Positions 7,273 through 7,682 of a DNA stretch of 7,682 nt are shown in pieces. The DNA is from Octopus sinensis (taxonomy: Eukaryota): assembly GCF_006345805.1 (NCBI RefSeq), contig NW_021828716.1:1-7682 (forward strand). Direction: 5' to 3'. The position numbers and the translations under genes were made by a program. The notes under the pieces are model-generated. The model was not told the DNA's origin, ran no database searches, and saw only the letters and a program-made list of their open reading frames with translations. Each line of letters opens with the position of its first letter. Position 1 is the first letter of the stretch.

Positions 7273-7295
7273 TATAGATAGATAGATAGATAGAT
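7037..7295. repeat. Compound tetranucleotide microsatellite (CAGA)n/(TAGA)n with CAGG-CAAA interruptions
   Basis: About 260 bp; source of the LSVC/LSIY repeats in four supplied ORFs. Confidence 0.98.
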
Positions 7296-7390
7296 GAATT
7301 TGAACGTATGTACACGCATAAACACACATATAGATGTGATGATAAACTGTCTCTAGGTTTCTGTCTACGTCTGCCAATGTAGCGGTATAA

Positions 7391-7423
7391 TTTGTGTTTT
7401 GTTTTTGTTTATTTCCTTCCAGG
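7391..7423 (+). other. Candidate 3' splice site
   Basis: 30-nt T/C-rich tract TTTGTGTTTTGTTTTTGTTTATTTCCTTCC then AG|G (AG at 7421-7422); strongest acceptor-like sequence I saw in the window. Confidence 0.35.
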
Positions 7424-7682
7424 AATTCCCGTAATATGGTAATTCGAAAAACAGGTCTCACTAAAAGGAGAAAAATATATAGTAAATGGGTTATGAGCAA
7501 CTAAAACCTTTGAAGTAGTGTCCCAAAGTTCACAAAATCCAATGATCAATATAGCTTTAATACGTACATGCACGTATATATGTATACATACATATATGGC
7601 TACGTGCACTACATATAGACTATGAACGAACAATTATGTACGTGCGGTGCGTTGTAGTCATGTGGCGTGTTGTGGTCTGTTG

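Noticed and set aside
6844-7500. 218-aa ORF and overlapping ORFs 6984-7325, 7034-7327 and 6734-7045
   Set aside because: Open only because (CAGA/TAGA)n and SINE sequence lack stops in those frames; the products are LSVC/LSIY repeats.
1-7682. CRISPR array, prokaryotic operon or rRNA gene
   Set aside because: No regularly spaced identical repeats with unique spacers, no gene-dense ORFs and no rRNA-like sequence; the window looks eukaryotic.

Overview
AT-rich, microsatellite-dense, essentially non-coding animal DNA (intron or intergenic). The SINE sequences match ones I recall from Octopus genomes, so an octopod origin is inferred, not proven. I can support no intact protein-coding gene: almost all supplied ORFs are read-throughs of (CA)n, (TA)n, (TAGA)n or SINE sequence. 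Supportable content: three same-orientation copies of one tRNA-derived SINE (one near full length, one decayed, one head only), an older SINE of a second type, a ~200-bp foldback/MITE, a Helitron-like 5' segment followed by a degenerate repeat array, and many compound microsatellites. The best feature missed by the ORF track is a decayed, internally deleted non-LTR reverse transcriptase relic on the minus strand (~3250-3680) with its motifs in order, ending in YADD. Weaker leads are a minus-strand G-quadruplex within a promoter-motif cluster, an LRR-like phased repeat, isolated splice-site or micro-exon candidates and a triple TACGTGC cluster. I found no convincing evidence of a new biological system; every family assignment needs a database check.
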